Shown: in pieces, positions 1 through 12,960 of the stretch
Layout of the letters: each line of letters opens with the position of its first letter
Position numbering within the stretch: the stretch's first letter is position 1
Assembly (NCBI GenBank): GCA_964016885.1
Contig: OZ024743.1
Location: 190,712,001-190,776,000 of the forward strand
Origin: Eledone cirrhosa
Lineage: Eukaryota
Direction: 5' to 3'
Length of the DNA stretch: 64,000 bases
Notes under the pieces: model-generated
What the model was told of the DNA's origin: nothing
Database searches by the model: none
The model's input: only the letters and a program-made list of their open reading frames with translations
Made by a program: the position numbers and the translations under genes

Positions 1-183
1 TAATTGTTTCTATTTTCGGCACAAGGCCAGCAATTACCCAGTACATTACTGGTACTTTATTTTATCGACCCCATGAGGATGAAAGGCAAAGTTAACCTTG
101 GCGGGATTTGAACTCAGACTGTAAAGGAGCGTAACTATATGATACAAAGCATGGCATCCAACCTTCTACCTATACTGCCAATC
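1..183 (-). mobile_element. tRNA-derived SINE with Meta-type central domain
   Basis: Minus strand: A-box-like TGGCAGTATAGGTAGA, B-box-like GAGTTCAAATCCC, central GCCTTTCATCCT..GGGGTCGATAAAATAAAGTACCAG, tail GGCCTTGTGCC..AGAAACAATTA. More than 15 copies in the window. Confidence 0.85.
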
Positions 184-255
184 TTCTGCCATAATAATAC
201 CATATAACATTTACTCCTCCGTTTGTTTGTTTTTTTGTTTTCTGTTATTTCGAAC

Positions 256-302
<47 letters not shown>

Positions 303-655
303 CATCCATCAGTTCCAATGACATGTGTCTAGTTTGATCAAAGGACTCTGAGGATAGTTGACATCCTGTTTGTTCTGGAGGAAATCCACCTGCTGACTCA
401 TCCATTTACCTCCTCCAACTTTTACTTATTAATAGCTATTATCATCACAGTACCTCAAATCCCCCCCCTCTCACCCTATACATTGCTCTGTCAATTGCCA
501 CACCCCACAACTATTTTCATACACACATTATCCTTCTCTCTTCCAGCCAAGGAAATATGCATATTTGACATGTTTACTTATCTATATGCTAAAAATGTGT
601 AAATTCATATAGTCTCAGTTAATTCTATTATATGTACTCAGATATAAATTTATCA

Positions 656-701
<46 letters not shown>

Positions 702-1389
702 AATAAACAGGGCCTGTGTAGCTGCTGAATAAGGTGTACTTATAAAAAGAGGAAAGCAAGAACGGGAGAACATTTTGCTTCATTAGTTGTCTGCTGGGGG
801 TCTTGGACATTTCAACGCATTAAAGATAATATGTCTCACCTCAGTGAATCAATAACCCAAGGAAGTTATTGGGAAAAAAGAGGGAAAAATATAGTACCAG
901 AAGGGAAAAAGGAAAAAAACAGCGAAAAAAAATGGGAAACAAGAAACCAAAAAGGGAAACCCGAAGCACATATGTGTGAGCAACTCAGAGAGAGAAAGAA
1001 AAATGAAAGTCAACATCAATTACTGAACATAAGTTCGAGATTTGTGTGGGCGTGTGTGTGTGTGTGTGTGTTGGTATGTGAGTCAGCGTTTAGAGTTCTT
1101 GTCATGAGTTAATTTCCCAGACAGAGCATTGCTTCCTTGAGCAAGATGCTTTATTTCACTATGCTCCTATCCACACAGCTGGCAAAAATGAATTATGCCT
1201 ATAATTTAAGGGGTGAGCCTTGTCACAAATGCGTCATACTCAATCTTTCAAAGAACTACATTATGGGTGTTTGTATTTATAGTCTGCTCAGCCACCTACA
1301 TATTTATTCTATGATTAAGCAGTTCCAATGATTGAATCAACTGGAGCACTCATTAGCAGAAATGGTGGTGGTCGACAACATTTTACGTG

Positions 1390-1670
1390 GAGACACGTGG
1401 CCTAGTAGTAAGGGTGTTGGACTTACGATTATAATGTTGTGGGTTCAATTGCTGGTTGTGTGTTGTGATCTTGAGCAAAACACTTCATTTTACGTTGCTC
1501 CAGTATACTTAGCTGAATATGAGTACTTGCAATAGCTGGGGGGTTAACCCTGCAATGGACTGGCATCCTTTCCAAGGAGCAGTCTTGTATTCTCAGTTGC
1601 TTGATGCCATGAAACCGGGATAAGCACTATCCGAATGAGCCTTCTGGCTTAAGACTGACTTTAGACTTTA
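1390..1670 (+). mobile_element. tRNA-derived SINE with CORE-like domain
   Basis: GTGGCCTAGTAGTAAGG A-box, GGGTTCAATT B-box, CTTGAGCAAAACACTT..CAGCTG CORE-like block. Second copy at 48648-48928. Confidence 0.75.
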
Positions 1671-1845
1671 GACAACAACATATTACATGCTATATATATA
1701 TGTATATATATATATATATATATATCATAATGTTATGCTTTGAGAGAATCATACTGTTAATAAAAACAGACTCATCAGTTGAGTTTCATTTTTGTTTTAT
1801 TATTGGTCATGTAAAGCCTGTGTGATTAAATCAGTAACCATTATG

Positions 1846-2032
1846 TGGATTGGCAGTATCGGTAGAGGGTCGGGCGCCATGCTTTGATGCATTGAGTTAC
1901 AGCCCTTGCCATTCTGAGTTCAAATCCTGCCAAAGTTAACTTTGCCTTTCATCCTTACGGGGGTTGATAAAATAAAGTACCAGTAATGCACTGGGTAATG
2001 GATGGCCTTGTGCCAAAAGTAGAAACAATTAT
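1846..2032 (+). mobile_element. Meta-type tRNA SINE
   Basis: Same family as 1-183, full head to AGAAACAATTATT tail. Confidence 0.85.
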
Positions 2033-2224
2033 TAGTCATGTAACTAATCCATTCATCGTTTGGTGTAATAACCAGACAAAAAGTACCCAGTCCCCTTCAT
2101 ATGATGGTAGTGCTGGTGCCATGTAAAAAAAAATCCAGTCCTCCTTAATTATTATTTTTGTCATAAATACTTTTTAAATGGATCATGATGTTAAATATAT
2201 TGTTGATTCTTTATGGTGAGACAA

Positions 2225-3088
2225 GTAGGAGTTCATCAGTGTTAGGTTCTTAGCCTACTCTTACTCATTATAGTTCTCCAAGCCATAACAGAGGTGTTTA
2301 AGACTGGCTACTCATGGGAACTTCTTTATGCTGACAATCTGTTACTTATAGCAGAATCCGTAGAGGAGCTAGAGAATAAATTCTGGCTGTGGAAACAGCA
2401 GTTGGAATCAAGGGGACTGAGAGTGAACCTAGCAAAGACTAAAGTGTTGATAAGTAGGAAAGAGGACCAGACTCTAATTCCATCAGAGAAATGGCCATGC
2501 TCGATATGTATAAAAGGAGTTGGGATAAACTCTATAGAATGTACACAATGGAGATCTTGGGTACACAAGAGGTGTAGTGGGATAGCAGGCAAACTAACTG
2601 GAAAGGAAAACTTCATGTGTAGTAGATGTTCAGGGAAAATTGATAGTAGCAATGTCAGTGATAGGCACATTCTTCAAATGCAGGTAGGATCTATAGAGGT
2701 GGTTGATAGCTTCCGATATCTAGCAAGGGAAGGGGATGCCATAGTATCTAAATTAAGGACAGGATGGAAGATATTCAGGGAGCTGCTTCCTCTGTTGAGA
2801 ACGGAAGGTTTCTCCCTATGAACGAAAGTTCGGTTGTATGATGCCTGTGTGAGATGCGTGATGCTGCATGGTAGTGAGACATCGGCAGCAACTGTGGAGG
2901 ATATTCAAAGGCTGGAGAGAAATGAAGCAAGCATGCTCTGATAGATGTGCATGAACGACAAAGCATGGATGAGTTGAGAGTGAAATGGTGTATAAGAGGG
3001 ATAAACTGTAGTGTGTGGGAGAGAAGACAGTGTTGGTATGGACATGTGACGTGCCTGAAGGATGACCGCTGGGTAAAGAAATACACAC
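2225..3088 (+). mobile_element. RTE-clade LINE 3' fragment (RT C-terminus, PHD-like finger), pseudogenised
   Basis: ORF 2294-2821: WELLYADNL, GLRVNLAKTK, CSIC..C..WVHKRC..CSRC, VDSFRYL. Followed by MLHGSET and R.CWYGHV remnants with stops. Confidence 0.85.
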
Positions 3089-3501
3089 ATTACATTTTAG
3101 ATAGTTAGAGAGATGATGGGTGAGTGAGTGTTGAAGTAGTGTTTCACTCTCTCTATATAGATAATATGAGGGATGATAGATAGATATGTACATACAGAAA
3201 AGAGGTAGTGAGAGAGAGAGAGAAAGTGGGTATGAGTGAGGTAAGAGCAGCTGACAACAAACGTTTTAGTTAGTTAGAGAGAGGAGGAGGTGGTTTGGGT
3301 GAGAGGTATAGTCTTTCCCTTGATAGCATAATGGAGGAAGAGACAGTATTTGTGTGCTAGAAATAGTAGTAAATTCTCCTTCACCCCACTCCCCACACCA
3401 CTCCACTTTTGGAAAATGATTTTGCACTTAGTTGGATGGAGATCAGATAAGTTGAAAACACATGAAAAACCTTCATTATTATCAATCTTATTGATGGATT
3501 A

Positions 3502-3690
3502 GGTGGATTGGCAGTATCGGTAGAGGGTCGGACGCCATGCTTTGTAGCACAGTTACATCCCTTTATAAACTGAGTTCAAATCCCGCCGAGGTTAACTTTG
3601 CCTTTCATCCTTACAGGGTCGATAAAATAAAGTACCAGTAATACACTGGGATAATTGCTGGTCTTGTGCCAAAAAGTAGAAACAATTATT
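3502..3690 (+). mobile_element. Meta-type tRNA SINE
   Basis: Family match; flanked by near-direct repeat ATTATTATCAATC. Confidence 0.85.
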
Positions 3691-6600
3691 ATCAATCGTA
3701 TTTAGTGATATTAGCAGTCAATGTACAAACAAACTCCCTTTTTATAAGGATATAGATGTATCTTCAATAATCTTGTTCTATACTTCTTTATGGTTATGTA
3801 AAATATTAGGCTTTAAGGAACTAAAGTACCATATTCTTTAAGAGAATTGATGTTATAATGTTCACTTCAAGTACACATATAAGTTTCGAGAATACACTAA
3901 AGCTCTACTCCATAAATCTTGTTTCCCCATAAAAATCCTTTAAATATTTCAACTGCTGAGTCACCACAAAACATATTTGGTTAGAAATGTTTTACTTTAT
4001 CTAAAAATTTGCCTAGAAGGAATGATTTGTTTTATATAAAATTTCAATCGATGGAAGTCTAGCTTTGTGCTAAATTGCTGTGTACAATTTTGGAAAAGAA
4101 TCTTTACATTAAATAAAATCCTTTAATGTTACTATTGTAAGAGAATAAATATATTGTGTATTTCATTCTAATTGATATAAAAGTTGAATACAAAACAGAT
4201 TTTTGCAAGACATCTCCACAACAATGTCATGTAGTTCTGATTAGTCAGCAGTTGTTAGCGGAAAAAATATTAAAGTGAGGAAGCTATTTGGGTATTTTTG
4301 AGATAACTATTATGAAATAACAATTGAAATTTTAAATAAACTTGTTCCTGTTGAAGGAAAAAAAGTATCCATAATACTTTACAATGGTATAAAGTAATCC
4401 TTCAAAAATGTATTCCTTTCAAGAGGTAAAATTCCACAAATAAAACTATTTCTATTTTGTCTTTGAAAATATTACCTACATTTTGAGAGTATTACTAGTG
4501 TTATTATATTGATTTTTTTATATTGATCTTTTTTTCAGTTTTATCTTTTTATTTACAACATGTATTTATTTAGTTCTTCCTTTTATATAGTTTTTCTATT
4601 TTCTTTGTTCTTCAGAATTTGACAATGTTAGATCTAAAGATAATCCGATTATTCATACTTGGATATAATGCTATCACATATCTTTGACTGTTTCCAGGGA
4701 AGAGAAGCATAGCTAAAGGTTATTGTTTCTATCTGTCAGTGGGCTGGCAGCCTTGATTCCTTGTATAGAAATCAACGTTAATCTTTAGCTGTATAAAATG
4801 AAATTTTCAAATTTTCCTTCGATATTAAAATAAATGTATGTTCCAGTGAGTATTACATTTATTTAGTATGTACAATATATAAATGATAACTAAGGTTGTG
4901 GAATGGAATATCATAGTTATAGTAGTTGTTTCCTCTTGAATAATTCCATTTAACAGCTGAAATTACAGTTCTTCAAGTCTCTTTCTAAATACAGAAACTT
5001 CAACTAAATATTACCTATTTACTGAACTTTAAGCATGGAGTTTTGATTTCTGAAGATTATTTGAGAAGAGTCAGACACTTCTAGCTTTATATTGGATGAC
5101 TGATACAGATACTTCATTTAAGATTCCTGAGTTTCCCTTTCTGTTGATAGATTTTTAATAAGATAGAATCAAATATCTCTGCAAAACTCATATGCTTTTT
5201 GTCATGCTCACATACACATCATAATAACAAAATGTATGCTACAGTGAATATACATCTATGAAATACTAACTTCAAGAACACTAAGGAACACCACATTTTC
5301 AAAACGATTACCAATCACCAGTGTATAAATAAAAAATGTAAAGACATAACAAACTCTTTCAACTCTTTTTATAAAATTAAAGTTGCATTTCATTCAAGAA
5401 ATTATTTGCCCAAGGCTTGATATGCATAGCTGGCAAATGTTATTCATTACCAGTAAGGAATTAATTACTTTACATCATTCACACAGGAAAAGCAGGGAAA
5501 ACTGTTATTGTCAATAAATTTTGTGGCTGCCACTTGCAGAAGAAAGATTAGTATTTAAAAGCTGTGCAGTGATGTGTCGTAGTTGTTGATGACCATCCTC
5601 ATTACCATCATCATCATCAGCAGTCTCAAAGGCAACAATAATTCAAAGACATCGTAGCTCACATTGTAGTATTACAAAATATTGCAGCATATATCCTTCT
5701 TTGTACCCCCAGACGAGGGAACCTCTACTTTATATTGCAAAATTCTAGAATTAGCAGCCAATTCTCCCTCAAGTTACATACAAGCATCTTAAAATAGACA
5801 CATTAGATTATGCAATCCAATATATATACAAAAAAGTCAGGGCCAGAATACATTTTATCATCTGTTTATTCCATTAGGGTTGCCCTTGCGATAAACACAA
5901 ACCAAAAACTTACTTGACTCAAACATAACATTGCACATCGAAGAAATTATAATTACTTCAACCTTCGACCCATGCCAACCATGAATAATCTTATGTTCTC
6001 CACACCCATAAATCATAGTTATGCTGGATTGCACAATTATCTGTTTTTAGTTGTCAGCATTCTGCATTAAAAAAGAAAAATAGAGACAAAGAAACAAAAT
6101 GATAAAAAAATTACTTGCTGGTCTTAGTGAAATTTTAATGTTACAGATCAGATTATAAAACATCTATAGCAAAGATAACAAACGTCTGAAACTTTAGGAA
6201 AAACTGCCAGAAATGATATCTGAAAAGAAACATTGCTGTATAATTAATGAATATATATTTAGCTGGCATTACACAGAATTCAACATATGTGGATTTTTCT
6301 TTACTTTTAAGGATTTTCACAGTTCAATAAGCCAGTCTTTATGTTCTCATTCTGTGATATTATAGGAATCTGAGTTAAATATGTCCTACTTGATGGAATA
6401 CCAAATTACTGCAGGCAATTTTTATCATGGAAAACTTTGCATTACATACAAAAAAACATCACTAATCAATTTTGGATTAGAATTTTCACTCCATGCCAAA
6501 AAACACACCATCAATTTTCAAGCACTGCAAACGTTTATAGTGATTATTTACACTACCAACATGCAGCTAGCGGTTCTGTGCCACTATGAGTTACCTTTTT

Positions 6601-7156
6601 GATAATGAATGATGATAATTTAACAAATTTATTGTTTGAACATGGATCTTCACAAATATTGCTTATGCAAAAATTCTAGTGTGGGCATATTTGAACTCAA
6701 GGATATGTCCTTCCTCTGTGAACAAAAATGTTTTGATCATGGGGGTGTTATAGACAGTATGTTATAGGATTCACATCCCATCACTACTGTTTCATGTTGT
6801 CCCTGACAAAGACAATGAATTGGGTTAATCTTACAGTTTTAGTCTGTTTAGCTATATAAATATAATAATGATGTCATCAGCAAAGTCACTTTAAACTGTA
6901 CAAGTGATTTGTTAACTTGTGTTACTGGGTTCATGTCTTATGTACATGTTGAAAAAAATGTTATGGGAACAATGAACCTATCTCTTAATGTTATTCATCA
7001 TCTTAGTTTTGCACTAGAGACTCTTCTTTCCTCTCACAAGAAAGGGTCAGAATGAGATATGTATGTATGTGTATGTATGGGTGTGCATGCATGTGTGTAT
7101 ATACATAGATATATATATTTGTGTGTGTGTGTGTGTTTGTGTGTGTATCTATATAT

Positions 7157-8280
7157 CATCATAATTTAATTTTCCATGCTACCATGACTTAGATGGGTGG
7201 TCACATTTGAGGTAAGTCAGGTTAGGTTTCTGGCTTGGGTTCTATGGCTGGAAACACTTCATAATACCAACCACATTTACAGTGTGAACTAGGTGCTTTT
7301 TGTCATGACACCTACATGGCGACTTTACAGTGTGGATTGGGTGCTTTTGTTGTGATATCAACTCGAACACTTTAGAGTGTGGATTGGGCACTTTTGTAAT
7401 GTCACTTTACAACCTGTGTGTATGGGAAGACAGATCTTCTACATAACACCAAAGATCTCGATCACCATTGAGAGGTGGAATTGTGCAAGGTCAGCTTTTA
7501 TCACCTCATCTGAGATCTTCTTACTTTATAGCTTCCATCATCGTTCAACACCCTGCCCATTTTTATACAGCTTTCATCCTTCATACACATCATATGCAAT
7601 CTCCTCTCCTGCACACTACATCTCATTGCTCTCAGTTTCTCTCTCAGTTCACTTCTGCTTTGTCATTCATGTATATTACTATTAAATATCCATCAAAGCA
7701 TGGAAGCTTAATTTCTTTCCAATCTTCACAAGACATCTGAACACAGCACCCAGATCTCATTACCATGCAACATTGCTGTTTGTATGCATCATACAATCTG
7801 CCTTTCATTTTGAAAGAAAAAATTATTTTTTAATTAGCAGTGGTAAAAGAACTTTTTCCATCCCATTTTTACTCTGGCTACTGCACTTTCAGAACACCCT
7901 CCTCCACTACTAATTTGGTCACCCAGATAACAAAAACTGTTGACTATTTTCATAGAACCCCCTGGAAATTTGAAGGAACTAGTATCCTGTGGGCTCTTGT
8001 TACTTACTGCACCTGTGCATTGGCCACATATAAAACCTACATACTTTGATGGCCTGCCTGTGAACCCACTACATCTCTTGTGTACCTGTAGCGTGCATTT
8101 GGGACATAGGATGGAATTTCTACCTACTCATTTCCTGCAAACTGAGCAAGGCCATTTCCCTTAGGGACTTGGACCCTATTTACCTTTCTACATACTAGGA
8201 CTATAATCTTTGACAAGTTTATTTTAAGACCTTTGATTCTAGATAATGGAATGAGGGGCTCTATCAAAAGCTTTCTCTGG
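7157..8280 (-). mobile_element. Degenerate, internally deleted RTE LINE with 3' UTR
   Basis: Collinear similarity to 29374-31830: EKAFDR, KWPCSVC..GVGRNSI and MLHG.E.W remnants, TTTACAGTGTG repeats in the 3' UTR. Confidence 0.7.
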
Positions 8281-8351
8281 GTTAATTCTTGGACCAGGAA
8301 TACCACAAATCGACAACCTGAGCTCATAGTCAATTCTCTACTTCACTAATA

Positions 8352-8887
8352 TCATCATCATCATCATTTTACGTCCGCTTTTCCCTGCTTGCAAGGGTGG
8401 GACGGGTCTTATTCAGCACAGCATCTCTCCAGTCGTCACGGTCCCTCGTCATCTCCACCGTGAGCTTCAATGATCTGAGGTCTGTTCTCACCACCTCCGC
8501 CCATGTTTTTCGTGGTCTACCTCTACCACGTCTTCCTTCAACTGGCATTTCCTGGCACTTCTTCACCCATCGGTCACCCTCCATGCGCATCACATGTCCA
8601 TACCACCTCAGTCTCCTCTCCCGTACACTACATTCTATCCCTCTCAGACACAGTTTCTCTCTCAACACATTTATGCTGGGTCGTTCACGCACATTTACAC
8701 TGCACATCCAACGGAGCATGCTTGCCTCATCTCTCTCCAGCTGTCGCATATCCTCTGCGGTTGCTGCCCATGTCTCACTACCATGCAGCATCGCCCTCCT
8801 CACACAGGCATCATACAACCGGCCTTTCGTACGCAGGGAGAAACCCTTCTTCGTCAACAGAGGAAGCAGCTCCCTAAACTTCTTCCA
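8352..8887 (-). mobile_element. Young 5'-truncated RTE LINE 3' end with (TGA)n tail
   Basis: Uninterrupted ORF 8369-8896 (WKKFRELLPLL..MLHGSETW..RRLRWYGHVMR..RGRGRPRKTW); (CAT)n on the plus strand at 8352-8367. Confidence 0.9.
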
Positions 8888-10084
8888 TATATACATATTA
8901 GTGAAGTAGAGAATTGACTATGGAGAGAGAGGGAGAGAGAGAGAAAGGCGAGAGAGAAAGCAAGAGATCTTTTGTGTGGCTGAGAAACATATGACTTGGA
9001 AAGAGAGTAGAAAGAAAGAGCCAGATGAAAAAGAAAAGCAAACAATAAGAGGCGAGAAGAAAAAAGTAAGATGAAATGTAATAAAAAAAAAAGAAAATGA
9101 GAGAAATTGTAGAAAAGTAAGGAGAAAATCAAGGAAAATTAGAAATATAAAAAACTAAACGAAATAAAAGAAACAAGCAAAAAAAAAAACAGGTAATATT
9201 GACAGACAGAAAAAAAGAAAGAAGAAGGAAAGAAAGAAAAAAGAAGATATGATCAGAAAACCAAATAATCTAAAGTCAATGAAAAAAGATACTAATCCAA
9301 TAAAAAGAACAAGAAAAATGAAGCCATACAAAGTAAAAGAAAAACACAAACAAACAGAAAATCGAAGGCTTATAGTTTCTTTGAATTCTGTTATTTTGCT
9401 AACAAGATTTTTATCAAGGCTCTCTCTATGTTGCCATATCCGTATGGTGTCTACAACTAATTTTAAAATATCTATTCCACTTTAGGGGAAAACTGTTAGT
9501 GATTATACTGGGTAAAACATTCTGGTTTTACTTTTTTCTTCCTCTGTTGAACTAATAAATATTAGTCGAGACACATAGAAACTGTTCTGTTTATCATTGC
9601 ACAGTAAACTCTACTGGAAGTATAGACTTTGAAAAATTAATCTTGCTGAAGCGTTTTTAGCAATATTTACATATATACTCTTATCAAAGTTCATATGTCT
9701 TCATAGGAAGTTACATGCTTAAACAGACACTCTCACACACATGCAAACGTACGTACATACTCATATACTCATTTTTATAAAGGCACACAGAGTCACGTGC
9801 ATATCATCATCATCATCATTTATTGAACTTATATGTATATTATATGTGTATATTCATATAAAACAAATCTCTCTCTATGACGCACATATATTAAAAATGT
9901 ATGCATACATTTATAGAATACACATGTACTTATATATCAGTATCATCATCATCGTTTAACATCTATTTTCTCCACTAGCAACTATTCGACATCTATATAT
10001 ATCTGTGAATACGCATATAATAATAATATATATAATAAATTGATAATATATATATTTCACATATATTAGACATTGAGTTAGGTT

Positions 10085-10480
10085 CTTCTGTGAGAATACA
10101 TTAAGTAATACATTGGGCAACGAGCTTTGTTAAATGCTATTGATTCGCTGCTGCTCTTTTGCATCCATTTCAAATGATGTTGATGGACTTCAGATCAATT
10201 TGAAATGTTCACTATCAGGTGACCTTCAGTCTGCCTATTTTCTATTTGTATACTAGAGGAATCCATCATCAGATAGATGGAGAAATGTGGCCAGCCAGGA
10301 GAAACTATTTCTCTTTAATTTTTTTTTGCAGCAGTTGAGACTTTGCCCTCTTCAGGATCTTTTCATTAGGAGTCTAGCCTTGTCAGGTCACCTTCATAAT
10401 CTTTCTGAGGCAATTTCCTATAATACATTCGGCTTTCTGTTGATCTTTAATAAGCGCATTCATGAATTGCTGGTATAGAT
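10085..10480 (-). mobile_element. Old RTE-like LINE 3' remnant
   Basis: Minus-strand remnants resembling RKIGR.KVTW...DLK.....W...AA.R...LVAQC. Confidence 0.45.
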
Positions 10481-10599
10481 TGCTATAAGGAGAACGAGGG
10501 TGTTATATTGGCACAGTTTGACATCTTTACCACTAGTTGAAATAAATAGTCAATAGTCAATATGAGAATATCTTTAATGTCTACATATATATCATTATC

Positions 10600-11120
10600 A
10601 TAATCATCATTTTTTGCAACCTTTTTTCCATGCTTGTATGATTTGGGTGGGTCTTTTCCAGCAAATATTCTCTCCACCAAATGTGTTCTTTTGTCCTCTC
10701 CTCTCTGAGGTGCAGCATTTTGAGATCTGCTCTCAACCCTGCTTACCATGTCTTCCATAATCTTCCTCTACTCTTGCTTCTTTTCACTGGGAAATAATCA
10801 TAGCATTTCTTCAACAGCAATCATCAGCCATATGCATGTCCATACCAATTCAATTGCTCTTTTGCCAAGATTTTCTATCAGGCAAACCATGCTTCACCCT
10901 TCATGCATATTAACATCATACATCCATCAAAGTATGATCATTTCATTTCTCTCCAGCTTCCAGATATCTTCTGCATTCACTGCTCATTATTCACTTCCAA
11001 GCAACATTACACTTTGTATACTAGCATCAAACAGCCAACTTTTTTATTTGTAGAGAGAAACATTTTTGTTGTCAACAGAGCTTTAGTGTATTGAACGTTC
11101 TTCCTCCTGTTTTTATTCTA
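10600..11120 (-). mobile_element. Degenerate RTE LINE 3' fragment
   Basis: Similar to 8369-8887 (TTGTTGTCAACAGAG, CTCTCCAGCTTCCAGATATC, CATGTCCATACCA) and ends in a CAT-tail-like sequence. Confidence 0.6.
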
Positions 11121-11953
11121 GATACTTAATTTAGCTTTCAACATAGCAGTGTATAGCCAGCATGTGTTTTTTCAATCTCTTCCATTTTGTTCAGGTTTTC
11201 ATGCATGTATGTATAATGATTTATCATCTCTCTGACATTCTAATTCTTATCAAATAATTTTGATAATTTTAAAGTTTGACTTAATGTCTTTAAAAGGAAT
11301 TTATTTTCTATATGGTTCTCAGAATGCATTCAATTGCATAAAAGAGACTTCGTAATACTGGCATTGTTCATGCATAAGATGTGATCAAGTAACTAGAATT
11401 AAGAATTTAAAGGAGAATTTTTCTGCACTACTTACCTTATTTTTCAATATTATCTGAGACTTATGCTATAGAATTATTTCACATATTGATCTCATAATTT
11501 TATAGGAAAGCACTCAAGCTGAGCAATAAATTTCCAGTCTAAGGTTCATGATCGAAGACCGTAACTATGAACTGCATGAACAAGTAACCAATGTAGCCAA
11601 TAATTCCAGTTGAAGAATTCTAAAATATTTCCTTCCATAGCTTGTCATAACTAACCAAGGCATGTGTTTCCAATTTGTTCATGTAAACATTAGTATTTTT
11701 ATCATGAAAATTATTTTAGGTTGTTGAATGCTAAGTCTGCTTAGATGATCAAACTGACCTATGATATCAGTTTTTCTAGATGTGACCATGACAATTCATT
11801 TTTTTTTAAATGTAATATATCTTAGACTACAAATTCTAATGTGTCTTGCTTTATTTAAGAAAAAATGTGTGATTTGAGAGAGATTGGTTGTTATTTCTAG
11901 TTAGGTGAGCAACAGTATATAGACCTCTTGATTTGACTTGTGTTTTTAGTAAA

Positions 11954-12314
11954 ATAATTGTTTCTATTTTTGGTACAAGGCCAGCAATTACCCAGTGTAT
12001 TACTGGTAATTTATTTTATCGACCCCATAAGGATGAAAGGCAAAGTTAACCTCGGTGGGATTTGAACTCAGACCATAAAGAGCCATAACTCTTTGCTGCA
12101 AAGCATGGCATCAGACCCTCTAGAAATTAATTGTTTCTACTTTTGGCACAAAGCCAGCAATTACCCAGTGTATTACTGGTACTTTATTTTATCGACCCCG
12201 TAAGGATGAAAGGCAAAGTTAACTTCGGCGGGATTTGAACTCAGAATGGCAAGGGCCGTAACTCTATACGTCAAAGCATGGCGTCCGACCCTCTACCGAT
12301 ACTGCCAATCCACC
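11954..12314 (-). mobile_element. Two adjacent Meta-type SINEs; the second is flanked by a target-site duplication
   Basis: Family match; ACCCTCTAGAAATTAAT repeated at 12115-12131 and 12312-12328. Confidence 0.85.
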
Positions 12315-12960
12315 CTCTAGAAATTAATGATATCAAAACAATACTACTTCATTTTTTTTATGGTCTTAGAACCTTCCTCACATGTGGTGTGTCTTTGACG
12401 TCAGGCATTATTCAATACAATAAAGTATTTTCACATTACTAATTATATTTTTACAAACAACATAAAATAACTTTTTTATGCACTGAAGTGTAATGTATAA
12501 TCAACTATTATATCTATTTTAGAAATAAGTACATTTTCCTCATTAAAAATAGCACAAAAAATAGTTATTTCTCTAAGATTATAGACTTTCTGATAAACAA
12601 TCAGTATTAACACATGAATTACTCCTTAATATTACTTTAGCTTGAAGGTTAGTTCAAATATTGTTAGTTGAGCTAGTTATAGAAAATTTAACTAAATGAA
12701 TATTAACTCAATATATTCCAATACATTTCATAGATAATATTTCATTTTCTGTACACATAAGAAATATACATAATCTCATAATGATGTTCATACATTGATA
12801 GACATGCATGTTTATCAATGATAATCATACAAGTCTTCCCTTCTATTACTTAACACCTTATTTAAATACAAACAACTGGTTAATTTCGTATAAGTATAAC
12901 TGTAGTTATTTCACTGTCCAATTCATTTAATCAGAGTTTTATATATATATATATATATAT

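Noticed and set aside
5914-6040. IIHGW lipase-like peptide on the minus strand
   Set aside because: The motif is only a few residues, an in-frame stop lies just upstream within the candidate exon, and no other lipase exons were found.
8923-9362. Lys-rich and Phe-rich ORFs
   Set aside because: Low-complexity A/G-rich tract with no domain signature.
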